A DNA stretch of 64,000 bases from Mycobacteriales bacterium (GCA_046595815.1 JBKJSN010000130.1:1447-65446), one strand, 5' to 3'; positions 37,434 through 47,300 are shown, counted from the first letter of the stretch. The notes: generated by a model from the letters alone, not told the origin. Translations and numbers: made by a program.

Positions 37434-37500
37434 GGTCTTTCCTCCTCTACGCGCCACCACCCCCCGCGGTGACGAACACCACGACCATGCTCTGCACCGC

Positions 37501-37518
37501 ACCTGATCGGCATCAGGT
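37501..37518. promoter_or_regulatory. 7-4-7 inverted repeat in a divergent promoter region
   Basis: acctgat-cggc-atcaggt, located between the small membrane protein gene and the LAL regulator gene. Confidence 0.35.
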
Positions 37519-37619
37519 CCCACACCTGAAGTTGCGCCGGCTCACCCCCTAGTCCGATCCACCCACCCGCTGATTGCCCCGGCTTGCACCGGACCGGGTG
37601 ACGACTTCCCGACATCCGG

Positions 37620-40538
37620 ATGTCGCGCTGGAAGGGCTGGCTCCATCGTCATGCTGTGGGTCCTTCGACACCCTTACTCGGACGCGCGGAACAACTCCAG
37701 ACGCTCCTCCTTTGGGTCGCCACCCCTCGCGCGCCCGCCATGCTCCTGTGCGGTGAGGCCGGCGTCGGCAAGACCAGACTGGTGGAAGAGTTCGCGGCCG
37801 CGGTCCGATCCGGGCGTCAGGCTCGGGCCATCGTCGTACGCTGCGCCACTCTCGCCGGCAATCCGCTGCCCTTCGCCGCCCTTATCCAGGTGCTCCGGCA
37901 GCTGCTGGCCGAATCAGCCCCCACTTCCTGCGACGAGTTCCTGGGCGACGCCCGGCCGCTCCTTGCTCCGTTGCTGTCCGAGCTCGGCCCCGTCGATCCA
38001 CTCCCGCCACAGCCGCACACCGCAGGTCGGCTGCTGCTCTTCGAAGCGGTACGGGACGTCTTCGAACGGGCGGGCCAACAAACGCGAACGGTGATCGCCG
38101 CCGAAGACCTGCACTGGATGAGCCCGTCGGGTCTAGAGCTCGTGCAGTTCCTCCTGCAGGCCCCTCCCGACGGGGTGCACCTGCTGTTCACCTGCCGGGA
38201 CCTCGGCAGGGCGACTCCACGGTTGCAACGCCTTGTCGAGGGCACGGAGCGTGAGCACCTGCTCGACGTACTGCATCTGGAGGGACTCGAGTACGCCGAC
38301 GGGGCAGCGCTGCTGTCAGCTGTTCTGGGAGGCGCACCGGAGCCTTCCGTGATCGAACAGGCCCTCGAGCAATCTCGGGGGAATCCCTTTTACCTGCAGG
38401 AGTTTGCCGCGCATCTGGCGGCTCACTCATCGAGCTCACCGACTGCCGAGGCTCCCTCACCCGCTGCCCGCACCGTGCTTCGCACCCTGGCCGTCGGGGG
38501 TCACAGGGTGCCGCACCATGTGCTCGCCGCGGTGACCGGGCTCGAGGACCACCAGCTGGACTCCGGGGTTCGCGAGGCCCTTGCCGCGCACCAGCTGGAC
38601 GTGAGCCCCGACGGCATGGGGTATCTGTTCCGCCACGAAGGAGACAGGCGGGCGGCGTACGACGAGCTGCTCCCCGGTGAGCGGATCAGGCTCCACGCCC
38701 GCTATGCCGAGGTGCTCTCGGACCGAGCCGGTGCCGCAGATCTTCCCGTGCTCGTCCAGCTCGCTCATCACTGTCTCGAGGCGGGCAACGAGGAGCAGGC
38801 CCTCGATGGGATGCTTCGGGCCGCGGAAGCGGCCGAGCGGATCGGGGGGTACTTCGAGGCCCTCGAGCTCTACCAGCGCGCCCTCACCCTGTGGCCGGCA
38901 CGAGAACGTCGGCTGCGCACCGATCTGCTCGTCCGAGCAGCTCGCGCTGCAGACGCGATCGACGACCACCGCACCGCTCTGGACCTTGTCGAACAAGCCC
39001 TCGCGCTGATCGCGATCGACGACGACCCGGTGACTGCGGGCTTGCTCGAAGAACGGCGGGCCTGGCACCGCCTGCTCACCTCGTCCTCGCCGGTCGCTCT
39101 CGACTGCCAACGGGCTCTCGACCTGGTCCCCGAGCAACCCCCTACACGCGAGCGAGCCCGCGTGCTCGCGACCCACAGTCGGCTGCTCGCCCTCAGCGGC
39201 CGGACCGGCGAAGCCCTGGCCTCGGCCGAGGAGGCCCTGGCGGTCGCGCTGCAGGTCGGGAGCGGGGCCGAGCAGGTCGCGAGTCTGGTCAGCATCGGGG
39301 CCGCCACAGTCCTCGCGGGCGACGCGGAACGGGGCGATGAACTGCTCCGGCAAGCTTGCCTGCTCGCCGAGCAGCACCACGAGCCGAGCGAGCTGGCCCC
39401 CGCCTACCGCACCCTGCTCGCGATGCGACTTCTCGCCCACCCCGATCTGGAGTCGGTGCTGCAGCAAGCCGACGCGGGCGGCAAGGCGCTACGGCGACTG
39501 GGGCTCGATGACCCCTGCTTGAACCTGTGCGCCGCGATCGCGCACTTCGAGCTCGGCCAGTGGGACCAAGCCTGCGAGCGCGCCCGGTGGGCGGCTCTCG
39601 TGGACCACACCAAGCCCTCCGGGTTGTCCGGCCTGCTCCTGAGTGTCGTGGACAGCTGCCGCGAACTTGTTCGGCCGACGCTCGCCAACGGGCAAAGCGG
39701 CCAGGAGGGGTTCGGCATGCCGCTGCTCGCAACGAAGCTCCAGGGGGAGTGGACGGCGCAGGTTCTCCTGTTGCACAACGAGCCTGAGCTCGCCGCGAGC
39801 TTGGTGATGGACACCCTCGATCAACTCAAAGGCCGCCCCGAGGAGGCCTTTTCCGGTCGGCTGTTGACCCTCGCCCTGCGCGCCGAGGCGGACCGCGCGA
39901 CCTTGGGGCGGGACGCGGGTGACACCGCGCTCGTCGCGGCCGCGCAGTCTCGCGCCCAACATCTCGTCCTGCGCAGCGCCAGGATCGGCTGCTTCGACGT
40001 CGCGAACAGTCCGGCTCCCACGGCGGAGGCCGACGCCACGATCTGGCGCGCCGAGGCCTCACGGCTCGCTGGCGTGTGCGACCCGTCAGCCTGGGCCGAC
40101 GCAGCGGACATCTGGAGAGGCAGGCCGCTGCACGCGTGTTATGCCCGCCTTCGTCAGGCCGAGGCACTTCTCGCCGACAGGCCTCGGCGCCGGGATGCCG
40201 GCCCTGTGATCCGGGAGGGCGCCGAACTTGCCGACCGGCTCGGAGCGGCGCCCCTGGTTCGCCAGTTCGACCTCCTCGCCCGACAGCTCCACATCCCGCT
40301 TCAGCGGACTGGCGCAGAGCCGGACGACCGCATGCCCTCCCGAACCATCCTGACCACGCGGGAACGGGACGTCTTGCGCCTGATGGCGGACGGACTCAGC
40401 AACCGGGCGATCGCGGCAACTCTCGTGGTGAGCCCGAAGACCGTCGACAGCCACGTGACCCATCTGCTCATGAAGCTGGGGGTCCACGACCGGGTCTCCG
40501 CTGCCAGCCGGGCCGCCCGTCTGGGCCTGTTGCCCTAG
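37620..40538 (+). CDS. LAL-type regulator: AAA/STAND ATPase, TPR-like repeats, C-terminal LuxR HTH
   Basis: Walker [12 protein letters not shown]-terminus is [45 protein letters not shown]. Confidence 0.8.
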   Translation: MSRWKGWLHRHAVGPSTPLLGRAEQLQTLLLWVATPRAPAMLLCGEAGVGKTRLVEEFAAAVRSGRQARAIVVRCATLAGNPLPFAALIQVLRQLLAESAPTSCDEFLGDARPLLAPLLSELGPVDPLPPQPHTAGRLLLFEAVRDVFERAGQQTRTVIAAEDLHWMSPSGLELVQFLLQAPPDGVHLLFTCRDLGRATPRLQRLVEGTEREHLLDVLHLEGLEYADGAALLSAVLGGAPEPSVIEQALEQSRGNPFYLQEFAAHLAAHSSSSPTAEAPSPAARTVLRTLAVGGHRVPHHVLAAVTGLEDHQLDSGVREALAAHQLDVSPDGMGYLFRHEGDRRAAYDELLPGERIRLHARYAEVLSDRAGAADLPVLVQLAHHCLEAGNEEQALDGMLRAAEAAERIGGYFEALELYQRALTLWPARERRLRTDLLVRAARAADAIDDHRTALDLVEQALALIAIDDDPVTAGLLEERRAWHRLLTSSSPVALDCQRALDLVPEQPPTRERARVLATHSRLLALSGRTGEALASAEEALAVALQVGSGAEQVASLVSIGAATVLAGDAERGDELLRQACLLAEQHHEPSELAPAYRTLLAMRLLAHPDLESVLQQADAGGKALRRLGLDDPCLNLCAAIAHFELGQWDQACERARWAALVDHTKPSGLSGLLLSVVDSCRELVRPTLANGQSGQEGFGMPLLATKLQGEWTAQVLLLHNEPELAASLVMDTLDQLKGRPEEAFSGRLLTLALRAEADRATLGRDAGDTALVAAAQSRAQHLVLRSARIGCFDVANSPAPTAEADATIWRAEASRLAGVCDPSAWADAADIWRGRPLHACYARLRQAEALLADRPRRRDAGPVIREGAELADRLGAAPLVRQFDLLARQLHIPLQRTGAEPDDRMPSRTILTTRERDVLRLMADGLSNRAIAATLVVSPKTVDSHVTHLLMKLGVHDRVSAASRAARLGLLP

Positions 40539-40948
40539 CTACCCGCCGTACCAGCGGGGAAGAGCCTGCCGACGAGATCGCGCACCCGTGCCTCGACGTC
40601 ATCGACGATCCGACGCACCGTGGCGAGCTCCCGGCCCTTCGGGTCCTCGACCGGCCAGTCCTCGTAGGTCTTGCCGGGGAAGATGGGGCAGGTCTCCCCG
40701 CACCCCATCGTCACGACCACGTCCGCCTGCTGCACACCCTCGAACGTCAGCAGCGACGGGACGTGATCGGTCGTCGAGATCCCCCGTTCTGCAAGGACTT
40801 TCGCGACGACGGGGTTGACCTCGGCACCCGGTTCCGACCCGGCGCTGCGGGCGTCGATCTCGGGGAACAGCTGCCGGGTGAGGTAGAGCGCGGCGACCGA
40901 ACGGCCGCTGTTGTGGATGCAGGCGTAGAGCACGACGGGGCGGGTCAT
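40535..40948 (-). CDS. arsC: Arsenate reductase, LMW-PTPase type
   Basis: 137 aa starting [13 protein letters not shown] (CX5R-type P-loop), with later Cys in [12 protein letters not shown] overlap with the upstream channel gene. Confidence 0.8.
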   Translation of the reverse strand: MTRPVVLYACIHNSGRSVAALYLTRQLFPEIDARSAGSEPGAEVNPVVAKVLAERGISTTDHVPSLLTFEGVQQADVVVTMGCGETCPIFPGKTYEDWPVEDPKGRELATVRRIVDDVEARVRDLVGRLFPAGTAGS

Positions 40949-41622
40949 GAGGCGATCTCCTCGGCGATCTCGCGGGCGTCGGGGTAGAGAAGCACGACGG
41001 CGCCGAGGGCCAGCAGACCACCCAGCAGTTGCATCACCACGAAGGGCGCGACGGACGAGGGGGCGATGCCCGCGAAGGTGTCGCTCAGGGTCCGGGCGAC
41101 CGTGATCGCAGGATTGGCGAAGCTGGTCGAGGAGGTGAACCAGTAGGCCGCAGTGATGTAGGCCCCGACGGCGTAGGCGACATGCTCCTTGCGACCGGAC
41201 CGCACCACGCCGAACACCACGAGCACCAGCCCGAAGGTCGCCACGACCTCGCCCAGGAGCAGCCCTGATCCACTCCGGACGTGCTGGCTCATCGACACGG
41301 CCGGGAGCTCGAACATCAGGTTCGCAACGATCACGCCCGTCGAACACCCCAGCACCTGTACGCCGATCAGCCCCGCAGCGGTCCGCGTGCTGATGGCGCC
41401 CAGCAGCCGCTCGGTCAGCGTGACCACCGGGTTGAAGGCCGCCGACACCGGTCCGAGGGCGAGGATGAGGGCCACCAGGACAGCCCCTGTGATGAGGGAG
41501 TTCTCCAGCAGCTGCAGGCCGAGGTCGTCGGGCGACAGCCGGGAGGCGGCGATGCCGGACCCGACGACCGTGGCGGCCAGCAGGGCGCTGCCGAGGAACT
41601 CGGCAAAGGCTCGACGTCGCAT
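40945..41622 (-). CDS. MIP-family (aquaporin/aquaglyceroporin) channel
   Basis: 225 aa with two half-helix motifs, AAFNPVVT and FANPAIT. The ATG shares 1 nt with the arsR stop. Confidence 0.8.
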   Translation of the reverse strand: MRRRAFAEFLGSALLAATVVGSGIAASRLSPDDLGLQLLENSLITGAVLVALILALGPVSAAFNPVVTLTERLLGAISTRTAAGLIGVQVLGCSTGVIVANLMFELPAVSMSQHVRSGSGLLLGEVVATFGLVLVVFGVVRSGRKEHVAYAVGAYITAAYWFTSSTSFANPAITVARTLSDTFAGIAPSSVAPFVVMQLLGGLLALGAVVLLYPDAREIAEEIAS

Positions 41623-41975
41623 CAGCAGCAGGCCGGGTCGATGACGCGGACCAGGGCGGACAGCGCCTCGCGGTTGGCGCGGTAGTAGACGTTGGTGCCC
41701 ACCTTGGTGCCCTCGACCAGACCCGCCTCGCGCAGCTGCTTCAGGTGGTGGGAGACGGTGGCCTCGGTGAGCCCGACGGCGGGCGCGAGGTCGCAGGTGC
41801 AGCAGCCGCGCTCGTCGCTGAGGACCAGGGACAGCAGCTGCACGCGCACCGGGTCGGCAAGGGCCTTGAGCCGCAGCGCCACCTCGAGGGCGGTCCCGGC
41901 ATCCATCGCGCCGGCGGCCATGGGGGCGCAGCACACGGGAGAGCTCACGTCGATCAGGGGAAGGGCCTTGGGCAT
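41622..41975 (-). CDS. arsR: ArsR/SmtB-family metalloregulator
   Basis: ALADPVRVQLLSLVLSDERGCCTCDL metal site plus HTH ATVSHHLKQLREAGLV. Start is ambiguous (41975, 41984 or 41987). Confidence 0.8.
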   Translation of the reverse strand: MPKALPLIDVSSPVCCAPMAAGAMDAGTALEVALRLKALADPVRVQLLSLVLSDERGCCTCDLAPAVGLTEATVSHHLKQLREAGLVEGTKVGTNVYYRANREALSALVRVIDPACC

Positions 41976-41989
41976 GACATCCATCATAC

Positions 41990-42030
41990 GTCTAACTTGA
42001 CAAACGTCGAACCTGTGCAGAGAGTTAGAC
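41990..42030. promoter_or_regulatory. Candidate ArsR operator in the divergent ars promoter
   Basis: gtctaact (41990-41997) and agttagac (42023-42030) form an inverted repeat in a locally AT-richer stretch. Repeated gacaaacg / gtcaaacg also present. Confidence 0.35.
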
Positions 42031-42054
42031 ATCCGTCAAACGAAGGAGCACTGC

Positions 42055-42462
42055 ATGTCGCGCGTCCAGCTCGCCCTCAACGTCGATGACCTCGAGGCCT
42101 CGATCGCCTTCTACAGCAAGCTTTTCAACACCGAGCCGGCCAAGCGCAAGCCCGGCTACGCGAACTTCGCGATCGCCGAGCCGCCGCTGAAGCTGGTGCT
42201 CCTGGAGAACCCCGGCAAGGGCGGCACGCTCAACCACCTCGGCGTCGAGGTCGGGACCAGCGAGGTCGTCGGGTCCGAGACCGCCCGCCTCGCCGAGGCC
42301 GGCCTGGTCACGCTCCCCGAGAGCGGCACCTGCTGCTACGCCGAGCAGGACAAGGTCTGGGTCATGGGCCCGGGCGGGGAGCGGTGGGAGGTCTACACCG
42401 TTCTGGCCGACAGCGAGGACTTCGGCTCGGCGCCCGCCCAGCCCGTCGCCGCCTGCTGCTGA
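42055..42462 (+). CDS. ArsI/CadI-family glyoxalase-fold metalloenzyme (possible C-As lyase)
   Basis: VOC fold starting VQLALNVDDLEASIAFYSKLF, with vicinal Cys GTCCYAEQDKVWV and a C-terminal ...AACC. Confidence 0.7.
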   Translation: MSRVQLALNVDDLEASIAFYSKLFNTEPAKRKPGYANFAIAEPPLKLVLLENPGKGGTLNHLGVEVGTSEVVGSETARLAEAGLVTLPESGTCCYAEQDKVWVMGPGGERWEVYTVLADSEDFGSAPAQPVAACC

Positions 42463-42534
42463 GCGCCCTGGGGAACAGGGGCCTGTGAACGCCGGTTTAC
42501 TCTGGCAGGACCACCCCACCCCAAGGAGCCCACC

Positions 42535-43662
42535 GTGCGCGACGCCGTCATCGTCGAAGCAGTCCGTACCCCCGTCGGCAAGCGCAACGGCGGCCTGTCC
42601 GGCATCCACTCGGCCGACCTGTCGGCCCACGTGCTCGAGGCGCTCGTCGCGCGCGCCGGGATCGACCCCGTCCTGATCGACGACGTCATCTGGGGCTGCG
42701 TCATGCAGACCGGTGAGCAGACCTTCGACATCGCCCGCACCGCGGCGCTTTCTGCCGGGTTCCCCGAGACCGTCCCCGGGACGACGATCGACCGCCAGTG
42801 CGGCTCGAGCCAGCAGTCGGTGCACTTCGCCGCGGCCGGCGTCATCAGCGGCCAGTACGACCTGGCGATCGCCGGTGGCGTCGAGGTCATGAGCCGCACC
42901 CCCATGGGCGCGACCTTCACGGCCAGCCCCCTCGGGGAGAAGTACACCGCCCGGTACGGCGAGGAGTTCCCCAACCAGGGCACCGGCGCCGAGGACATCG
43001 CCGACACCTGGGGGCTCAGCCGCAGCCAGCTCGATGAGTACGCCCTGGCCTCGCACGAGCGGGCTGCGGCCGCCCAGGACGCCGGTGCCTTCGACGCCCA
43101 GATCGCTCCCGTCGCGGGTGTCACCCAGGACGAGGGCATCCGCCGCGGCGGCACCCTCGAGGGGCTGGCCGGCCTCAAGACGCCCTTCCGGGAGGGCGGC
43201 AAGATCAGCGCGGGCAACAGCTCGCAGATCTCCGACGGATCCGCCGCTCTGCTCATCACGACCAGCGAGTTCGCCGCGGCCCACGGCCTCACGCCGCTCG
43301 CGCGGGTGCACACAGCCGTCGTCATCGGTGCCGCCCCCATGCCGATGCTCACCGCGCCCATCCCGGCCACCGAGAAGGCACTCGCCAAGAGCGGCCTGAG
43401 CCTGTCCGACATCGGCGCGTTCGAGGTCAACGAGGCCTTCGCCTCCGTGCCGCTGGCGTGGCTGAAGGACATCGGCGCCGACGACAAGCTCACCAACCCG
43501 CTCGGCGGCGCGATCGCCCTCGGTCACCCTCTCGGCGGCTCCGGTGCCCGGATCATGACGACGCTGGTGCACCACATGCGCGACAACGGGATCCGCTACG
43601 GCCTGCAGACCATGTGCGAGGGCGGCGGCCAGGCCAACGCCACCATCCTCGAGCTCCTCTAG
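42535..43662 (+). CDS. Acetyl-CoA C-acyltransferase (thiolase)
   Basis: TIDRQCGSSQQS active Cys, NEAFA and CEGGGQANA. Confidence 0.85.
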   Translation: MRDAVIVEAVRTPVGKRNGGLSGIHSADLSAHVLEALVARAGIDPVLIDDVIWGCVMQTGEQTFDIARTAALSAGFPETVPGTTIDRQCGSSQQSVHFAAAGVISGQYDLAIAGGVEVMSRTPMGATFTASPLGEKYTARYGEEFPNQGTGAEDIADTWGLSRSQLDEYALASHERAAAAQDAGAFDAQIAPVAGVTQDEGIRRGGTLEGLAGLKTPFREGGKISAGNSSQISDGSAALLITTSEFAAAHGLTPLARVHTAVVIGAAPMPMLTAPIPATEKALAKSGLSLSDIGAFEVNEAFASVPLAWLKDIGADDKLTNPLGGAIALGHPLGGSGARIMTTLVHHMRDNGIRYGLQTMCEGGGQANATILELL

Positions 43663-43667
43663 CGGGG

Positions 43668-44477
43668 TCAGTCCTCGACGGTGATCGTGCCGCCCCAGCT
43701 CGATCCGCCGTTGTTCACCCCGAGCGCCAGGGACAGGTCGTACGTCCCGGGTGGCACGACGAAGCCCTCGCGATCCCGGGTGTCCCACTGGGACGTCCAC
43801 CCGACACAGGTGCCGGGCTCGACGGTGATCGTCGGTCCCGGCGTGGTGTAGCGGACGCCCTCGCCCGCCTGCCACAGCACGCCGGAGGCCGCCGAGACTT
43901 TCATGTCGATCTCGCGGGTGGTCTCCGGGCGCATCGTGGCCGTGCGACCGGTGGCCGGCACGCACAGCTCTCCTCCGAGTACGACGGTCCGCCCGCGGTG
44001 AACCACGCCCGGGTCGAAGGCCCGCAGGCAGTACCCGTTCGCCGCGACGTTGGGATCGCCGTCGCACAGGTCGGCCTGGTCCATTGCCCGGGTGACCCGG
44101 GCGATCGGGCTGATCCGTTTGCCGGCGGTCCGGTGCTGCGCGGGCGGTGCCGACGTCGCGCCGGGTGCCGGCGTACCCAGGACCGGGTCGAGCGGGCCGT
44201 CCGAAGGACGGGCCTGGCCTTGGGGGCTCGAAGCGACCGGAGCCTTGGAGGGGGTCGTCGACGCCGACGTGGTGGAGACGGGGCGGGGGCTGTCCTGCGC
44301 GGGAACCAGCTGGTCGCGCTGCGATCCTGGTCCGCCCGACAGCACCAGGGTGATCCCGAGCGCCACGGCGAAGGTGGACGACGACGCTCCGGTGAGCTTC
44401 GCCGTACGGCGGCGCCGCCCGGCACGAAGCACTGCCGTGGCGCCGTCCTCGGTGGGGAGGAAGTCGAAGTCAGTCAT
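43668..44477 (-). CDS. Single-pass membrane protein with extracytoplasmic beta-domain, coupled to the ECF sigma (possible anti-sigma/co-factor)
   Basis: Short cytoplasmic N-terminus, a TM span (FAVALGITLVLSG), a Pro/Ser/Thr linker and a Cys-containing beta-rich C-terminus. The start overlaps the sigma gene stop by 8 nt. No HxxxCxxC zinc anti-sigma motif. Confidence 0.55.
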   Translation of the reverse strand: MTDFDFLPTEDGATAVLRAGRRRRTAKLTGASSSTFAVALGITLVLSGGPGSQRDQLVPAQDSPRPVSTTSASTTPSKAPVASSPQGQARPSDGPLDPVLGTPAPGATSAPPAQHRTAGKRISPIARVTRAMDQADLCDGDPNVAANGYCLRAFDPGVVHRGRTVVLGGELCVPATGRTATMRPETTREIDMKVSAASGVLWQAGEGVRYTTPGPTITVEPGTCVGWTSQWDTRDREGFVVPPGTYDLSLALGVNNGGSSWGGTITVED

Positions 44478-45000
44478 CGTTCACCTCACTCGCGAGCAGA
44501 GCCCGCGCCTCGGAGAGCTGTCGCTTGACGGTCCCGGCCGGACGGCCGACGGCCGCCGCGACGTCGGTGACCGTGAGATCGGACCAGTAGTGCAGGAGCA
44601 CGACGTCCCGCAGCCGCTTGGGCAGCCGCTCGACGGCGGCGCGGACGGTCACCGCGCCCTCGTGGCTGGGCATCGACCGGGCGGGCTCACCGGCGATCGC
44701 GCCCACCGCCGATGCGTCCTGGGCGCGCTTGCGCCAGGCCCGCCGGATGAGGTTGGTGGCGACGCCGTACACATAGGCACGCGGGTCATCGACGGTGGTG
44801 AGCCGGCCCAGCATCCGGGTGAAGGACTCCTGGGCCAGGTCGTGGGCGAGCTCGCGGTCGCTGACCAACGAGTGGCAGTACCGGGCAAGGCCTGGGTACT
44901 CCCCGGCGTAGAACGCGCGGAAGTCGGCGTCGCGCGACACCAGGGACGTCCCCCTCACCGTTTCGTGGGGCAGCGTCGGCGCCAGCCCTGCAGCCATCAT
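44470..45000 (-). CDS. ECF (group 4) sigma-70 family factor
   Basis: Region 2 is DLAQESFTRML...YVYGVATNLIRRAWRK. Region 4 is LPKRLRDVVLLHYWSDLTVTDVAAAVGRPAGTVKRQLSEAR. ATG verified at 45000-44998. Confidence 0.8.
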   Translation of the reverse strand: MMAAGLAPTLPHETVRGTSLVSRDADFRAFYAGEYPGLARYCHSLVSDRELAHDLAQESFTRMLGRLTTVDDPRAYVYGVATNLIRRAWRKRAQDASAVGAIAGEPARSMPSHEGAVTVRAAVERLPKRLRDVVLLHYWSDLTVTDVAAAVGRPAGTVKRQLSEARALLASEVNDD

Positions 45001-45117
45001 GGTCACGGACGGGAAGAGCCTGCGGGAGGGCGAACGGTTCGGTCCATGCAGGTGCGAACCGTTTCGTGACGAATCGACTCTGCACTGGGTAACGCACCCA
45101 GTCCGAGGAGTCCCGTG

Positions 45118-46074
45118 ATGCACCTGCCCCGTTTGCTCGCCGTCGCCGCGCTCAGCGTGACTGCCGGGCTGGTTGCGCCGGCCCAGGCCGCGACCGGGCC
45201 GCAAGTCCTCAGGGGTACGACGGTCATCACCGCCGACCGCTCCGGAAGCGCCGAGTTCGTGCTCTACGACGACGCCGTCATGCACCTGGCCAAGGACTAC
45301 ACGACGCCAGACATCACGATGACCGGGCCTGGCCGCATCATCGGTTTCAGCCTGGGCCTGGTGAACGGCCAGGACGGCATGGGAGCGGGCCGTTACCGCC
45401 GCGCAGGCAAGGTCGTGAACGTCGCCTACGCCGCCGGCACGACCTACCCGCGCCCCTCGGAGTGCAACAGCTACGCCGGCGTGACGGTGCCCATGACGAT
45501 CTACGGCGTGTACGCCGGGTGCCCTGCCGATCCGGCCCCGAAGTACACCGTGCTGCACCAGGGGCGGTACCGCCTCACCGTGCTGACCGACGGCGGTCGG
45601 GTGACGATCACGCTGCGGCTGCGGGGGGTGGCGGGCCGCTCGCACCTGCGCCCCACGAAGGCGCTGCGTTCCGGCGTACAGGACGTGCCTGCACGCGACG
45701 TCGTCGCGGGGCGCTTCGTACGGCGGGAGACCGTCGTGGCGCCCGGGGTCCCCGCGAGCGCGGTGATCAACATCGACGCAGACTTCGCCCCGAAGCCGGT
45801 CGCCGCCGGCGTCACGAGCTGTGTGTACGACGCTGCCAAGGCGCAGGCCGCGACGGACTACACGACCAACCAGTGTCCTGGCGGTCGCAGCGGCGGCTTC
45901 CCCGGGGTGCTGCTCAACCCGACCTTGTCGGAGTACAACGCCGACGAGCTGTTCTCCCGCACCTTCGTGAGCCTCACCGGCGCCCCTGAGCGCGTCGGCT
46001 TCTCCGCCCAGGACGAGGGCGGCGTGACCGTCCGCAGCGCCCTGCTTGCCTGGATCCAGGACGAGCCGTCCTAG
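45118..46074 (+). CDS. Secreted protein, function unknown
   Basis: Signal peptide MHLPRLLAVAALSVTAGLVAPAQA. gaggag sits 7 nt upstream of the ATG. Divergent from the ECF sigma. Confidence 0.6.
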   Translation: MHLPRLLAVAALSVTAGLVAPAQAATGPQVLRGTTVITADRSGSAEFVLYDDAVMHLAKDYTTPDITMTGPGRIIGFSLGLVNGQDGMGAGRYRRAGKVVNVAYAAGTTYPRPSECNSYAGVTVPMTIYGVYAGCPADPAPKYTVLHQGRYRLTVLTDGGRVTITLRLRGVAGRSHLRPTKALRSGVQDVPARDVVAGRFVRRETVVAPGVPASAVINIDADFAPKPVAAGVTSCVYDAAKAQAATDYTTNQCPGGRSGGFPGVLLNPTLSEYNADELFSRTFVSLTGAPERVGFSAQDEGGVTVRSALLAWIQDEPS

Positions 46075-46154
46075 CGCACGCCACCGTCCGCTATGCTTTT
46101 GCGGTCCCCGACGGCAAGCTCAACGGCGTGGACGCTGCCGGCGCCACCGGCGTC

Positions 46155-46227
46155 GTCCCCATCGTCTAGCGGCCTAGGACTCCACCCTTTCAAGGTGGCT
46201 ACGCGGGTTCGAATCCCGTTGGGGGCA
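46155..46227 (+). tRNA. tRNA-Glu (anticodon TTC)
   Basis: Cloverleaf folded by hand: 7-bp acceptor (GTCCCCA/TGGGGGC), anticodon stem ccacc/ggtgg with loop cTTTCaa, and T-arm GGTTCGAATCC. Confidence 0.9.
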
Positions 46228-46251
46228 CGTAAGAAGGCCTGATTCACACCA

Positions 46252-46328
46252 GGCCCCGTAGCGCAGTTGGTTAGCGCGCCGCCCTGTCACGGCGGAGGTC
46301 GCGGGTTCGAGTCCCGTCGGGGTCGCCA
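46252..46328 (+). tRNA. tRNA-Asp (anticodon GTC), CCA encoded
   Basis: Acceptor GGCCCCG/CGGGGTC, anticodon loop cTGTCac, T-arm GGTTCGAGTCC, 3-prime GCCA. Confidence 0.9.
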
Positions 46329-46351
46329 GATCGCTCCATCGCACGTCACCT

Positions 46352-46427
46352 GGCCAGGTAGCTCAGCTGGTAGAGCATGCGACTGAAAATCGCAGGGTCG
46401 GCGGTTCGACTCCGTCCCTGGCCACCA
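46352..46427 (+). tRNA. tRNA-Phe (anticodon GAA), CCA encoded
   Basis: Acceptor GGCCAGG/CCTGGCC, anticodon loop cTGAAaa, T-arm GGTTCGACTCC, 3-prime ACCA. Confidence 0.9.
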
Positions 46428-46444
46428 AGATCGAGCTCCGCCAG

Positions 46445-47104
46445 CTACACCGGTGCGGTGATGCGGCTCGCGGTGCCGAAGCTGCCGTACGTCGTGACCT
46501 GGCGCAGCACGCCCTGGGCGGCGCCGTTCTGCAGCGGCAGCTCCACCGCGAGCCGCAGCACCCGGCCCTGCGGGTCGAGCGCGAGCGTCACCGGGACGTC
46601 GCTGCCGCCCTTCGCGTCCAGGAGCCCCGTGGTCCGCACCTCCTCGGCCGTGAGGGTGACCTCGACGAGGCGCCCCACGCGGCCGTCGAAGACGACCTCG
46701 CCCCTGTCGACCGGTGCGTCGGCGGCGGCGAGCACCTTCTGCAGGACCACGGCGGGGGCAGCTGCCCGGGCGGTGCCTTTCTCGGGAGCCCAACGGCCGC
46801 CCGGCAGGGTACGGCTGTAGCCCTTGTCCGCGACCCGCACGACCTCGACCCTCGAGGCCCCGACGGTGAGGGTGTAGGCGACCCGGTCCGGGACGGAGGC
46901 TCGTCCGTCGAGCACCGTCCGCTGCAACGCGGTCCGGCCCGGCATCTCGGTGACGGAGCGGAACGCAAAGCTGGTCAGTGCACCCGCCTGGGTCCGCGCA
47001 TCGGCGAGGCGGTCCTGGGCGGTGGCAGCAGGGCTCGGGCCGCCGCCGGCTGCGCACCCGACGAGCAAGGCAACGGGCAACAGGGCAGCGGCGGTGCGGG
47101 GCAC
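46445..47104 (-). CDS. Lipoprotein (LppX/LolA-like size), function unknown
   Basis: GTG start, lipobox LLVGC, 219 aa. Confidence 0.6.
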   Translation of the reverse strand: MPRTAAALLPVALLVGCAAGGGPSPAATAQDRLADARTQAGALTSFAFRSVTEMPGRTALQRTVLDGRASVPDRVAYTLTVGASRVEVVRVADKGYSRTLPGGRWAPEKGTARAAAPAVVLQKVLAAADAPVDRGEVVFDGRVGRLVEVTLTAEEVRTTGLLDAKGGSDVPVTLALDPQGRVLRLAVELPLQNGAAQGVLRQVTTYGSFGTASRITAPV

Positions 47105-47300
47105 AGAGGCGTCCTTCCAGGGCGAGGCGGGTACGCCGAATGGCTCGGCAGCCCAGTACCCGGCCTGTAGCGCGTGCTGCGCTCGAGCGCTGGCCCGGCT
47201 GCCCGTTTCTCACCCGTTCGGCCCTCCAGTACGTCTCCCTGAGCGGACGAGATACAGACCGACCAGGTCGGCACGTCATCCCCTACCCAGGAGCAACTAC

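Noticed and set aside
37620-40538. STAND-type ATPases (this LAL protein and the 8298..11309 cyclase-AAA-TPR protein) as Avs-like antiphage sensors
   Set aside because: Both have architectures typical of actinobacterial transcription and signalling proteins (LuxR HTH, class III cyclase). Neither has a nuclease, protease, TIR or other effector domain, and there are no neighbouring defence genes.
46155-46427. tRNA-Glu/Asp/Phe cluster as a possible genomic-island integration site
   Set aside because: No integrase, excisionase or visible direct repeat of a tRNA 3-prime end lies downstream. The flanking genes have native-looking composition.
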